Shown: in pieces, positions 22,119 through 32,047 of the stretch
Numbering within the stretch: the first letter of the stretch is position 1
Layout of the letters: each line of letters starts with the position of its first letter
Assembly (NCBI GenBank): GCA_965248195.1
Contig: CBDFIQ010000002.1
Coordinates: 1,184,001 to 1,248,000, forward strand
Length of the DNA: 64,000 nt
Direction of reading: 5' to 3'
From: Longimicrobiales bacterium
Lineage (GTDB): Bacteria; Gemmatimonadota; Gemmatimonadetes; Longimicrobiales; Gaopeijiaceae
Program-made: the position numbers and the translations under genes
Notes under the pieces: generated by a model
What the model saw: the letters and a program-made list of their open reading frames with translations, nothing else
The model's database searches: none
What the model was told of the DNA's origin: nothing

Positions 22119-23060
22119 TTACTCGAAGCGCGGGGGTCGAAAATCATCGAGTTCCGTTCCCGTCAAGCGTCTGAAGATCTCCAGGTACCGGTCCGTTGTT
22201 TCGCGCACAACGTGATCGGGTAGATCTGGCGGCGGTGGGGACTTGTCCCAGTCGGTCAGGCCGTCCAGAAAATCTCGAACCGGCTGTTTGTCCAGAGACG
22301 GTTGGCCCTGGCCGGGCTGGAACAGGTCCGAAGGCCAGAACCGGGAGGAGTCCGGTGTGAGGACCTCATCGATCAAAAGGAGGAGGCCGTCCGTATCGTG
22401 TCCGAACTCGAACTTGGTATCGGCGAGGATGATCCCGTGCTCCTTCGCGATCGTCGCGCCGTGCGCATAAACGGCCAGGGAGAGTTCCCGCAGACGGGTG
22501 GCCTGCTCTTTACCGAGGTGCTCCACGACGCCAGAAAAAGGAATATTCTCGTCGTGGCCCGTCTGTGCCTTGGTGGCGGGCGAGAAGATTGGAGTGGGCA
22601 GCTGCTGACTCTCGCTCAAACCCTCCGGAAGCGGTTCACCCGCAAGCGTTCCGGACGTCCGATACTCCTTCCACGCCGAACCCGATACATACCCGCGGAC
22701 CACACACTCTATCAGGACGGGTTCGGTGCGGTGAACGAGCATGCTCCGGCGGGCCCAGGCCTCCCTGGACTCTCGCAAAGATGGTACCAGATCGGCGATC
22801 TGGTCCGGGTCGGAGCTCAGGAGATGATGGTCGATCACCCCGCGTAGGGAGTCCAGCCACCACGCGGTGAGCTGCGTGAGGACCTCACCCTTGCGAGGAA
22901 TCGGCTGGGGCAGGATCACATCGAACGCGCTCACGCGATCGCTTGCAACCATGAGGAGTCGGTTGTCTCCGACGTCGTAGATGTCGCGTACCTTTCCGCG
23001 GTAGAGGAGGGGTAGGGGCACCTGTGTTTCCAGCACGGCCATGGCATCAGACTCGGACAT
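22119..23060 (-). CDS. purC: SAICAR synthetase
   Basis: GKVRDIY, SDRVSAFD, ECVVRGY, ADTKFEFG, DEVLTPDSSRFW, DKQPVRD. Confidence 0.96.
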   Translation of the reverse strand: MSESDAMAVLETQVPLPLLYRGKVRDIYDVGDNRLLMVASDRVSAFDVILPQPIPRKGEVLTQLTAWWLDSLRGVIDHHLLSSDPDQIADLVPSLRESREAWARRSMLVHRTEPVLIECVVRGYVSGSAWKEYRTSGTLAGEPLPEGLSESQQLPTPIFSPATKAQTGHDENIPFSGVVEHLGKEQATRLRELSLAVYAHGATIAKEHGIILADTKFEFGHDTDGLLLLIDEVLTPDSSRFWPSDLFQPGQGQPSLDKQPVRDFLDGLTDWDKSPPPPDLPDHVVRETTDRYLEIFRRLTGTELDDFRPPRFE

Positions 23061-24516
23061 CGGGCTCTCCAAGATGTTCGTTGGCGCCGGCTTCGAGGCG
23101 GGCCAGGATCGGCTGTACCCATTCGGCCAAGAAGCGATCCACCTGTTGGGGAGCCCGTCCGACGAATCGCGCGGCCTCGCAAAGCTCGCGCAATTGCTCC
23201 AAATCCATATCGAAGGTGTCATCGTCCGCGATGCGCTCCAACAGATCGGCTGGAGCACCCTCGTTTTTCATGCGGTCCGCAGCAGCCAGCGAATGCCGTC
23301 GGATCCGCTCATGGAGTTCCTGGCGGTTTCCTCCGGCGGTCGATGCCTGCATGAGGATCGTCTCCGTCGCCATGAACGGAAGGTGCTCCTCCAGGTTTTT
23401 CCGGATCACCTGAGGGTTCACGACGAGCCCCGAAGACACGTTCTCTACCAGGAGCAGAATTCCATCCAAAGCGAGGAAGGCGTCCGGGATCGACAGTCTC
23501 CGGTTGGCCGAGTCGTCCAGTGTGCGCTCGAGCCACTGCGTGGCAGCTGTAAAGAGAGGGTCCTGGGCCAGAACCATCACATGGCGCGCTATGGCGCAGA
23601 TGCGCTCGGCCCGCATCGGATTCCTCTTGTAAGGCATGGCCGATGAGCCGATCTGCTCCTCTTCGAACGGCTCCTCGACCTCTCTCAGGTGGGAGAGAAG
23701 GCGTAGGTCATGCCCCATTTTGGACGCGGATGAGGCCACGTTCGCGAGCGTCCCGAGAATCTGGGCGTCCACTTTTCTCGTGTAGGTCTGGCCTGTAACG
23801 CCGTATCCCTCTTCGAACCCCATGCGGTCGGCCACGGCCTCGTTCAGCGCATCCACCTTTTCGTGATCTCCCTCGAACAATTCGAGGAACGAGGCCTGTG
23901 TGCCGGTCGTACCCTGTACACCCCTGAAACGGAGTGTTTTCAGTCGAAACTCGAGCTCTTCCATGTCGAGAAGGAGGTCCTGCAACCAAAGCGTGGCCCG
24001 TTTACCAACGGTCGTGGGTTGGGCGGGCTGAAAGTGTGTGAATCCGAGTGTGGGGAGGTCACGATGTTTGGCGGCGAATTCTGCCAGGCGCGCGATACAT
24101 CGGGCCAGCCGGTCTCGAATCAGCGTGAGGGCCTCGCGATGGAGGATCAGATCTGCGTTGTCCCCGATGAACGCGCTCGTGGCGCCAAGATGGATGATGC
24201 CGCTGGCGGCGGGCGCCACCTCCCCGAAGAGGTGCACATGGGCCATCACGTCATGGCGGAACCGCTTCTCGTATTCTGCCGCCTTTGCCAGGTCGATTTC
24301 GTCGAGTCCGCTTCGCATTTCGTCGAGCGCCTGTTGCGGAATCGGCAGCCCCAACTCGTGTTGCGCCGCGGCGAGGGCCAGCCACAAACGCCTCCACGTG
24401 CCGTAGCGGTGCGCCGGTGCGAAGATGGCCTGCATCTCTCTGGAGGCGTATCGCTCCCCTAGAGGATGGCTGTAACGATCCGTGCTTTGCTCGCCCACGA
24501 GGCCTTGCTCAGCCAC
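23047..24516 (-). CDS. purB: Adenylosuccinate lyase
   Basis: RHDVMAH, HLGATS, THFQPAQ, GSSAMPYKRNP signature. Confidence 0.96.
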   Translation of the reverse strand: MAEQGLVGEQSTDRYSHPLGERYASREMQAIFAPAHRYGTWRRLWLALAAAQHELGLPIPQQALDEMRSGLDEIDLAKAAEYEKRFRHDVMAHVHLFGEVAPAASGIIHLGATSAFIGDNADLILHREALTLIRDRLARCIARLAEFAAKHRDLPTLGFTHFQPAQPTTVGKRATLWLQDLLLDMEELEFRLKTLRFRGVQGTTGTQASFLELFEGDHEKVDALNEAVADRMGFEEGYGVTGQTYTRKVDAQILGTLANVASSASKMGHDLRLLSHLREVEEPFEEEQIGSSAMPYKRNPMRAERICAIARHVMVLAQDPLFTAATQWLERTLDDSANRRLSIPDAFLALDGILLLVENVSSGLVVNPQVIRKNLEEHLPFMATETILMQASTAGGNRQELHERIRRHSLAAADRMKNEGAPADLLERIADDDTFDMDLEQLRELCEAARFVGRAPQQVDRFLAEWVQPILARLEAGANEHLGEPDVRV

Positions 24517-25993
24517 GGGGCCCCCGGAAGATGAGGCGCCGCACAATGACCTCCCCGTTCCGCTCGAGATAGACGGGGAAGCTGCCGGACGCGCCGCGCA
24601 GCACCGCTGCGGCCTCCTCCGCCGACTCGACACGCCTGCGGTCGATCTGAAGGATCACGTCTCCCGCTCGGAGGCCGATACGGCTCTCCAGGTCGCGCTC
24701 GATATTTACGATGAGGGCTCCCGTCTCATAGCTGAGGCTCCGTTCGGCGCGGATGCCCGGTGTGACGGTGATCAATTCCATCTGCTCGAGAGCAGTGACT
24801 CGATCCGCCGAGATGGATGGGAGCGCTTCCGATACGAGCGTCACTGGGTCTTGCCGTCCCTCGATTCCCAGCGCGATGGACGCACCCTCCGCGAGGTCCA
24901 GCATGAGGGACTCGAAATCGAGCAGCGTCCGCAGCGCTCTTCCGTTGGCCGTCACCACTCGGTCGCCTTGCGAGATTTCTGCGCGGGCAGCAGGTGAAGA
25001 CGGGGACACGCTCGATACGGCGACGCCATGCGTCCTGCCCCAAATATCTTCCTCACCCGCATCCACCTCGAAGCCGAGCCAAGCCCGCTTGACCTCTCCC
25101 GAAGTCAAGAGGTCGTTGGCGACCCGGATGGCCCTGTCGATCGGTATCGCGAAGCCCAGCCCTTCGCTCCCCCCGCTACGGGAGAAGATAGAACTGTTCA
25201 CACCGATGACCTCCCCAACGGAGTTCACCAGGGGCCCGCCGGAATTGCCCGGGTTGATGGACGCGTCGGTTTGGATCATCCCCAGGTATACAACCCGGTC
25301 CTCGTCGTCGGGGATGATGTGGCGCCCGGTTCCACTGATCACTCCCGCGGTCACGGACGGCTCCGAATTGGAGAAGAGGTTGCCGAAGGGATTGCCGATC
25401 GCCAAGGACCACTCTCCGATGAGCAGTCCCTCCGAAGTGCCCACGGGCGCCACAGGCAAGTCATCCCCTCTGATCCTGAGCACCGCAACGTCGGTGAGCT
25501 GGTCGGCCCCAAGCAACTCGGCCTCGAAGTCCCTGCCGTCGGGGAGCGTCACCATGATGCGCTCGCTGTCCCGAACCACGTGATCGTTCGTGAGGATCAC
25601 CCCGTCCGCACTGACGATGAACCCGGATCCCAAGCCGCGGCTGCGCCGAGCGCGAGGCATCGGGAAGGGGTCGAAAAAGGACGCCCTCGTCTGAACCTGC
25701 TCCGTGCGAATCACGTTGACGCTCACGACGGCCGGTGACACCCGGGCGGCCGCCTCGACGATGGCCGTGTTTCTGGAACCGGATATCTGGTTCGATTGGC
25801 CTCGACTCGGGGATGCTGTGGTCTGCTGGGAAGCGCCCGTACTCGGCTCGGCAAGCAGGGGAGCCGCGACCGTCTCGGAAGCAGGCCCCGAGCCTGGATC
25901 ACCGTCCGCCCGCCCGCGTCCCTCGCAAGCCCCTAGGAGGACCGCAACAACTACGACCCCAAGCAACATCGGTCTGAACTTGCGGGGACTCAT
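24509..25993 (-). CDS. HtrA/DegP-family serine protease with PDZ domains (putative lipoprotein)
   Basis: LLGAC lipobox, GSGFIV, TNDHV, TDVAVL, DASINPGNSGGPL, two PDZ-like regions. Confidence 0.92.
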   Translation of the reverse strand: MSPRKFRPMLLGVVVVAVLLGACEGRGRADGDPGSGPASETVAAPLLAEPSTGASQQTTASPSRGQSNQISGSRNTAIVEAAARVSPAVVSVNVIRTEQVQTRASFFDPFPMPRARRSRGLGSGFIVSADGVILTNDHVVRDSERIMVTLPDGRDFEAELLGADQLTDVAVLRIRGDDLPVAPVGTSEGLLIGEWSLAIGNPFGNLFSNSEPSVTAGVISGTGRHIIPDDEDRVVYLGMIQTDASINPGNSGGPLVNSVGEVIGVNSSIFSRSGGSEGLGFAIPIDRAIRVANDLLTSGEVKRAWLGFEVDAGEEDIWGRTHGVAVSSVSPSSPAARAEISQGDRVVTANGRALRTLLDFESLMLDLAEGASIALGIEGRQDPVTLVSEALPSISADRVTALEQMELITVTPGIRAERSLSYETGALIVNIERDLESRIGLRAGDVILQIDRRRVESAEEAAAVLRGASGSFPVYLERNGEVIVRRLIFRGPRG

Positions 25994-26025
25994 CGTCGGG
26001 TCCGCCCTGGATTTGCCATCGCCCC

Positions 26026-26682
26026 TCAGAGGTCCCTCCCGAGGGATTTCCAGTCCGCCATGAATCCGTCGAGGCCCCTGTCCGTCAAGGGATGCTTCAA
26101 CAACTGATACAGCACATTGGGGGGCAACGTGCCGCAGTCGGCTCCCATCAAGAGGGCCTGAACCATGTGTTGAGGGTGCCGGATCGAGGCCGCCAATATC
26201 TCGGTCTCGATTTCGTAGTTGTCGTAGATCCGGCGGATCTGGCTGACCAATTCCATTCCGTCCCCCCCAACATCGTCGATCCGGCCGATGAACGGGGAGA
26301 TGTACGCGGCCCCCGCCTTCGCGGCGAGGTGAGCTTGAGTGGGAGAAAAACAGAGCGTCACATTCACGCGAATGCCGTCGTTCGTGAGCGCGCTGCATGC
26401 GCGGAGTCCGGCCTCGGTGAGCGGGCACTTGATCACGATGTTGTCATGAATCTTTGCCAGGCGTCGGCCCTGCTCGATCATACCCTCGGCGTCCAACACG
26501 ACGACCTCAGCGCTGACCGGCCCGTCCACAGCCTCGCAAATGTCGAGAAACAGCTCCGCTGGATCGTGCTCTGCAGCAACCTTCGCCATGAGCGACGGGT
26601 TTGTGGTCACGCCATCGATCAGGCCCGCCTCGGCGGCGCGGCGGATCTCTGCGAGGTCTGCAGTATCTAGAAAGATTTTCAT
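26026..26682 (-). CDS. tal: Transaldolase / fructose-6-phosphate aldolase family
   Basis: IFLDTA, GVTTNPSL, VSAEV, NVTLCFS, SPFIGR, AASIRHP. Confidence 0.88.
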   Translation of the reverse strand: MKIFLDTADLAEIRRAAEAGLIDGVTTNPSLMAKVAAEHDPAELFLDICEAVDGPVSAEVVVLDAEGMIEQGRRLAKIHDNIVIKCPLTEAGLRACSALTNDGIRVNVTLCFSPTQAHLAAKAGAAYISPFIGRIDDVGGDGMELVSQIRRIYDNYEIETEILAASIRHPQHMVQALLMGADCGTLPPNVLYQLLKHPLTDRGLDGFMADWKSLGRDL

Positions 26683-27494
26683 TTCTTTGCGTGTTCCGTT
26701 GATGGCGAGGACGTCCCTGGTGTGGATGTCCGCGCCGGATACGTGACATGATGGAGAAACAGACCCGTCGCAGGTGCGGGGGGGGAGGTCCGAAGGTCAC
26801 TGTCGGACTCTTCCAGCAGATGCCGAAGATCGTCCAGGGGTCGTTTGCCTCGTGCGATCTCCACCATCGTTCCGACCAAATACCGAACCATATGATGAAG
26901 GAAGCGGTCGGCGGTGATCCGGAATATGAGCCCGAGCGTTTCCCAGGGCTCCCAACGGGCTTCGTGCACCGTACACCGGTCCCCCCTCTCTGGCTGTCCC
27001 GATTTCGCAAACGCCTTGAAGCAATGTTTGCCCACGATCGTTTCGGCCGCGCTCCCGAGAAGCACCGCATCCAACGGCTTTGCGAGCGGCCAACACCAGT
27101 GGCGGTGGAAGGGCGACCCGGCCTCCGCAGAAAGACCGAGATGATAGAGATAAGTGCGGTTCACCGCGTCGTAGCGAGGATGGAAATCCGGGGACGCGGG
27201 CTCTACACTCTTGATCCAGATGTCGTCGGGCAGTACGGCAGATAAGGCCTTCTCGAGTTTTTCGGGCTGCCACGTATCTGGAAGGGAGGCGACCGCCACT
27301 TGGCCGGTCGCATGCACCCCGCGATCGGTTCTTCCGGATCCGATCACCGGGCGACGACAACTCGTGAGCTGCTCCAGGGCCGCCTCCAACTCCCCTTGAA
27401 CGGTGCGCTCCTCGCGCTGAATTTGCCAGCCGTGGAAGGCGGATCCATCATATTGAAGAATCAGCTTGAGGCGTTTGTCCTTCACGGCGTTCAC
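26679..27494 (-). CDS. truA: tRNA pseudouridine(38-40) synthase
   Basis: YDGSAFHGWQ, GRTDRGVHA, FHPRYDA, FLHHMVR, APATGLFL. Confidence 0.95.
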   Translation of the reverse strand: MNAVKDKRLKLILQYDGSAFHGWQIQREERTVQGELEAALEQLTSCRRPVIGSGRTDRGVHATGQVAVASLPDTWQPEKLEKALSAVLPDDIWIKSVEPASPDFHPRYDAVNRTYLYHLGLSAEAGSPFHRHWCWPLAKPLDAVLLGSAAETIVGKHCFKAFAKSGQPERGDRCTVHEARWEPWETLGLIFRITADRFLHHMVRYLVGTMVEIARGKRPLDDLRHLLEESDSDLRTSPPAPATGLFLHHVTYPARTSTPGTSSPSTEHAKK

Positions 27495-27572
27495 GCCCGG
27501 AAGGTAGGTGGGGCGCAAGCGTTGTCAAGCGACCGCAAAGGATGCCGAATCATCACCCGAACCCCGTGCTGA

Positions 27573-28637
27573 ATGAGTAAGAATTCTGCTTCTGCGCTGG
27601 AGTCTTTCGACCTCCAGACCGTGATCCAGAAGGCCGCTGGAGGCGAGCATCTCACCGGGTTCGAGGCCGAGTTCGCATTCGACGTCTTCATGGAGGGAGA
27701 GGCGTCTCCGGTGCAAATGGCCGCCCTCCTTACGGCCCTTCGCGTAAAGGGAGTCGCTCCCGTCGAGGTAGCGGGCGGTGTGAGGGCGCTCCGGAAAGCC
27801 ATGATTCCGATCGTCTCGGAGTCACCCGACGCGCTGATCGATACCTGCGGGACGGGCGGGGGCACCGTGACCACTTTTAATATTTCGACGGCCGCCGCCC
27901 TCGTCGCTCGTGGTGCAGGTGCCCGCATCGCGAAGCACGGGAACCGCTCGTTCACCTCCCGGAGCGGGAGCGCCGATGTCCTCGAGGCGTTGCAGGTCCG
28001 CATTGAGCTCAGCCCCGAGGAAATGGCTCAGGTCCTCGAAAAGGCGGGTATTGTGTTCATGTTCGCGCCGTTGCTCCATCCTGCGATGCGGCACCTGGGG
28101 CCGGTCCGCCGGGAGTTGGGTTTCCCCACGATCATGAACATCCTTGGTCCGTTGACCAACCCGGCCGGCGTGCGCCGGCAGTTGGTCGGCGTCGCCGACG
28201 CCGCGTTGGTTCCCCTCGTCGTCGAGGCCCTGAAGGAGCTCGGTCATATCCGTGCCCTCGTTGTACACGGCAAGGCGGGGCTGGACGAGCTGAGTCCGAT
28301 GGGGCCGACAGCGTTAGCCGAACTCCAGGAGGGGGCCGTGAGCCATCGGACTGTCGGCCCGGAGGACTTCGGACTGGAGGCCTGTTCGGCGGAGGAACTG
28401 GCCGGTGGAGAGCCCGAGGACAACGCGCGGATCATCCTGAGCGTGCTCGAGGGTGGTGAACGGCGAGGTGCCCGAACCGCGGTTCTCATGAATGCCGGTG
28501 CCGCACTCTACGTGGCGGACATTTCAGACACAATCGAAGACGGTATCGCTGCGGCAGCCGCAGCCATCGACGACGGGAGTGCCCTGGACGCGCTCCAGGG
28601 CCTGCGAGAGGCCAGTGGCGCTAATACTTCCGGATGA
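27573..28637 (+). CDS. trpD: Anthranilate phosphoribosyltransferase
   Basis: DTCGTGG, FNIST, AKHGNRS, GSADVLEAL, GPLTNP, GLDE. Confidence 0.96.
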   Translation: MSKNSASALESFDLQTVIQKAAGGEHLTGFEAEFAFDVFMEGEASPVQMAALLTALRVKGVAPVEVAGGVRALRKAMIPIVSESPDALIDTCGTGGGTVTTFNISTAAALVARGAGARIAKHGNRSFTSRSGSADVLEALQVRIELSPEEMAQVLEKAGIVFMFAPLLHPAMRHLGPVRRELGFPTIMNILGPLTNPAGVRRQLVGVADAALVPLVVEALKELGHIRALVVHGKAGLDELSPMGPTALAELQEGAVSHRTVGPEDFGLEACSAEELAGGEPEDNARIILSVLEGGERRGARTAVLMNAGAALYVADISDTIEDGIAAAAAAIDDGSALDALQGLREASGANTSG

Positions 28638-29229
28638 CCCCCACGACTACGCCTTGGATCTGCACGTTGCGCGCATCCTCGACGATCGGCGCCATGGAGG
28701 GGTTCGCCGGCTGAAGCCGGATTCGCCCGTCTGGTTCCCGGTACACCTTCTTCACCGTGGCTGAATCTCCGCCCACGAGCGCGACAACCATCTGGCCGTC
28801 CGAAGCGGTCTCCTGGGAGCTCACCACGATGTAGTCACCGTCCCGGATCTGCTCGTCGATCATCGACTCACCCTCGACACGAAGCACGAAGTTCTCCGCT
28901 CCGGACTTTACCATATCCGGCGGCACGGAGAGCGTCTCCTGTTGCTCGATCGCTTCGATGGGTAGCCCTGCGGCCACCGCCCCGAGGAGCGGCAGCTCGA
29001 CGGCATTTGAGCCGAAGGCCGCGCCGACCAACTCGATGGAGCGGCTCTCGTTGTAGGCCTTCCGGATATAGCCCTTGCGCTCCAGATTGCTCAGATGCTC
29101 GTGCACGGTCGCCAGGGAGGAGTACCCGAACGCCTTGGCGATTTCTTCGAAGCTCGGGGCGTACCCATTTTTTTCGATGAAGCTCTCAACATGGTCGAGG
29201 ATCTCTTTCTGTCGCTTCGTCAGGGGCAT
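28621..29229 (-). CDS. lexA: SOS repressor LexA
   Basis: LTKRQ, GYAPSFEEI HTH, VAAG cleavage site, GESM serine, TVKK lysine; GAGG SD before ATG at 29229. Confidence 0.96.
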   Translation of the reverse strand: MPLTKRQKEILDHVESFIEKNGYAPSFEEIAKAFGYSSLATVHEHLSNLERKGYIRKAYNESRSIELVGAAFGSNAVELPLLGAVAAGLPIEAIEQQETLSVPPDMVKSGAENFVLRVEGESMIDEQIRDGDYIVVSSQETASDGQMVVALVGGDSATVKKVYREPDGRIRLQPANPSMAPIVEDARNVQIQGVVVGVIRKY

Positions 29230-29254
29230 ATCGAAGACCTCTGTATGATGGGAA

Positions 29255-29303
29255 CCCGAATAAGACCCGAACAAAGAGTACCCGAACGTTGCCCGAAATG
29301 CAA
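29255..29303 (-). promoter_or_regulatory. lexA promoter (-35 TTGCAT, 17 bp, -10 TACTCT) overlapped by two direct-repeat LexA box candidates TTCGGG-N5-TTCGGG
   Basis: CCCGAA at 29255, 29266, 29281, 29292 on + strand; -35 at 29298-29303 and -10 at 29275-29280 on - strand. Confidence 0.8.
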
Positions 29304-29348
29304 GGCGGTAGGGCGCCGGCGTACACCCATGGTTTGTCGGTTGGCCGG

Positions 29349-30149
29349 ATGAGGCCGCCCGGGGACATCCTCAAACGAATCGTAGAGACCAAGCGGGGCG
29401 AAGTCGAAGCGTTGAGGCGAAAGTTCTTGGAACTCCGGGACCGAGCCGAGGACGCGCCACCGGTGAGAGACTTCAGCGGTTCCCTCTATGGTGGGGATGA
29501 GGTGGCGGTCATCGCTGAGATCAAGCGGCGCTCTCCGGGTGCCGGCGAGATCCGCCCGGATCTCGATCCCCTTCGTCTCGGCCTGACATATGAATCGGCA
29601 GGGGCGGCCGCACTCAGCGTTCTCACGGACGAAAAGTATTTCGGCGGTTCTCTCGGGGACCTTGCTGGAGTGCGTGGCCTCGTGGACATTCCCGTACTTC
29701 GAAAGGACTTCCTCATCGATGAGTCGCAAGTTTATGAGGCGAGAGGGGCGGGGGCGGATGCGATTCTACTCATTGTCGGCATCCTTGACGATGGGAGGCT
29801 TCGTGCGTTGAGGACGCTAGCCGAAGAGCTCGGGATGTCCGTGCTCGTGGAGGCCCATGACGGCGGGGAGGTGGAACGGGGTCTCGCCGCGGGGGCCGGC
29901 CTCCTTGGCATCAACAATCGCAACCTCCGGACGTTCGAGACGCACCTCGATGTAACCCTCTCTTTGGCGGATCGAGTCCCACCCAGCGTGGTTCTGGTCT
30001 CCGAGAGCGGGATTCACACGGCCGCCGATGTCTGCAGCGTCGGAGAGAAGGGAGTGGACGCCGTACTCGTGGGTGAGTCTCTCCTTCGCCAGGAAGATCC
30101 CGGAGCCGGCGTGACCGCTTTGGTGGGGCGGGGAAAGGCTCTGCGGTGA
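29349..30149 (+). CDS. trpC: Indole-3-glycerol phosphate synthase
   Basis: IAEIKRRSP, SVLTD, LRKDF, GADAILLI, GINNRNL, SESGI. Confidence 0.96.
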   Translation: MRPPGDILKRIVETKRGEVEALRRKFLELRDRAEDAPPVRDFSGSLYGGDEVAVIAEIKRRSPGAGEIRPDLDPLRLGLTYESAGAAALSVLTDEKYFGGSLGDLAGVRGLVDIPVLRKDFLIDESQVYEARGAGADAILLIVGILDDGRLRALRTLAEELGMSVLVEAHDGGEVERGLAAGAGLLGINNRNLRTFETHLDVTLSLADRVPPSVVLVSESGIHTAADVCSVGEKGVDAVLVGESLLRQEDPGAGVTALVGRGKALR

Positions 30150-30162
30150 GCCTCAGAACGAG

Positions 30163-30810
30163 ATGAGCGACCTCGGCATCAAGATCTGTGGCATTACCAC
30201 GCCGGAGGATGCCGTCGCTGCGCGACAACTCGGGGCCGATTACGTGGGCATGATTCTTTCCCAGGGCTTCCCGAGGAGCATTTTACCTGACGAGGCCGCG
30301 GATATCGGGCTGGTTGCCGAGGCACCTTTGGTGGCGGTCCTCGTGGGGGAATCTCTGGACGACGCCGAGCGCATCGCGGGGTTGTCGGGGGCGTCGGTCA
30401 TCCAGTTGCACGGTGAGGAGGACGGCGAATACATCGAGGAGTTGCGCATGCGGGGAAATTGGGCCGTTTGGAAGGCTGTTCAGGTTCGAGACCCTAAAGA
30501 TGTGATGAAGGCCGTGGAGGCCGTGGGAAGCTCCGTAGATGGCCTTCTCCTCGATGGGTGGCATTCCGACCGGCCCGGTGGTAGCGGGGTGTCGTTCTCG
30601 TGGGAGGGTGTGCGAGTGGTGCGGGACCGCATCCCGCACCATCTAAAAGTGATCGCCGCGGGAGGCCTCACTCCGGAGAATGTGGCCGATGCTGTCCAGG
30701 CTCTTCGGCCCGACATCGTCGACGTCAGCTCCGGTGTGGAGCTGCACGTTCGCCGCAAGGATCCGGAGTTGATTCGGGCGTTCGTCCGGAACGCCCGCGG
30801 GGGGGAGTGA
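30163..30810 (+). CDS. trpF: Phosphoribosylanthranilate isomerase
   Basis: IKICGIT, QLHGEE, LLLD, GGSG, AGGLTPENV, DVSSGVE. Confidence 0.95.
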   Translation: MSDLGIKICGITTPEDAVAARQLGADYVGMILSQGFPRSILPDEAADIGLVAEAPLVAVLVGESLDDAERIAGLSGASVIQLHGEEDGEYIEELRMRGNWAVWKAVQVRDPKDVMKAVEAVGSSVDGLLLDGWHSDRPGGSGVSFSWEGVRVVRDRIPHHLKVIAAGGLTPENVADAVQALRPDIVDVSSGVELHVRRKDPELIRAFVRNARGGE

Positions 30811-30845
30811 GGAGGATCGACGCATGGTACTGAGGACGATGGCTG

Positions 30846-32041
30846 ATGCGGAATACCATGGAAGCTGAGGGGGAGCGATTCGGCCCGTTCGGGGGCCGGT
30901 ACGTACCCGAAACGCTCATCTCGGCTTTGGACGAACTGGGTGCCGCCTACGACGAGGCGACAGCTGATCCCGCGTTCCGCGAAGACCTCGACCTCCTACT
31001 TCGCGACTACGTGGGCCGCCCCTCTCCCCTTTACCGCGCTTCCCGATTGGAGGCCTCCGTGGATGGCCCTCCGATTTTTCTGAAACGAGAGGACCTCAAC
31101 CACACCGGTGCCCACAAGATCAACAATACGATCGGGCAAGCCCTGCTCGCCCGCCGCATGGGAAAGCCCCGAATCATCGCTGAAACGGGGGCGGGCCAAC
31201 ACGGCGTGGCCACCGCCACGGCTTGCGCGCTCTTCGATCTCGAGTGCGTCGTTTACATGGGCGAAGTCGACGTGGAGCGGCAGGCGTTGAACGTCTACCG
31301 CATGGAACTCCTCGGCGCGGAGGTCAGGCCGGTCGGATCTGGGACGCGCACGCTCAAGGACGCTACCAATGAAGCCATCCGTGATTGGGTGACCAACGTC
31401 GAAACGACGCACTACATTATCGGCTCGGTCGTCGGGCCCTCACCGTTCCCGCGCATTGTTCGTGATTTCCAAGCCGTGATCGGCCACGAGGCCCGCGAGC
31501 AGATGCTCGCTCGCACCGGAGCGCTGCCCGCAGCGATCGTGGCGTGTGTTGGCGGGGGCTCGAACGCCATGGGCATCTTCCACGCGTTTCGGGAAGACCA
31601 TGGAGTGGAGTTCATCGGCGTCGAGGCTGCGGGGGAGGGGCTCGACTCCGGAAGGCATTCCGCGACGCTTGCGGCAGGGCGGCCAGGCGTGCTTCATGGG
31701 GCCATGAGCTACCTCCTGCAGGATAGGGACGGTCAAGTAGCCCCGGCGCACTCGATCTCCGCGGGTCTCGACTACCCGGGTGTCGGACCCGAGCACTCTA
31801 GGACACAGGGCGCGCTCGTTATGTATCCGTCACGGATGAGGAGGCCCTGGCGGCGTTTCACGGGTTGTCCGATTTGGAGGGAATCACTCCTGCGCTAGAG
31901 AGCGCGCACACCATTGCTTATGTCCTGAAGATTGCGCCCGAATCCAGGGAGCACGGACCACTCTTGGTGTGCCTGAGCGGTAGGGGGGACAAGGACGTCG
32001 CTCATGTTGCTCGCGTGGAAGAAGGAGAACGTTATCTTTAA
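30846..32041 (+). pseudogene. trpB: Tryptophan synthase beta chain, frameshifted near 31800 (true lesion or assembly error)
   Basis: HTGAHKINN...[12 protein letters not shown] in one frame; the rest ([16 protein letters not shown]...PALESAH...LSGRGDKD...RYL*) continues in another frame to TAA at 32039-32041. Confidence 0.88.
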
Positions 32042-32047
32042 AAAGCC

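Noticed and set aside
31791..31810. Programmed ribosomal frameshift in trpB
   Set aside because: No slippery heptamer, and conserved residues are physically missing, which fits a deletion
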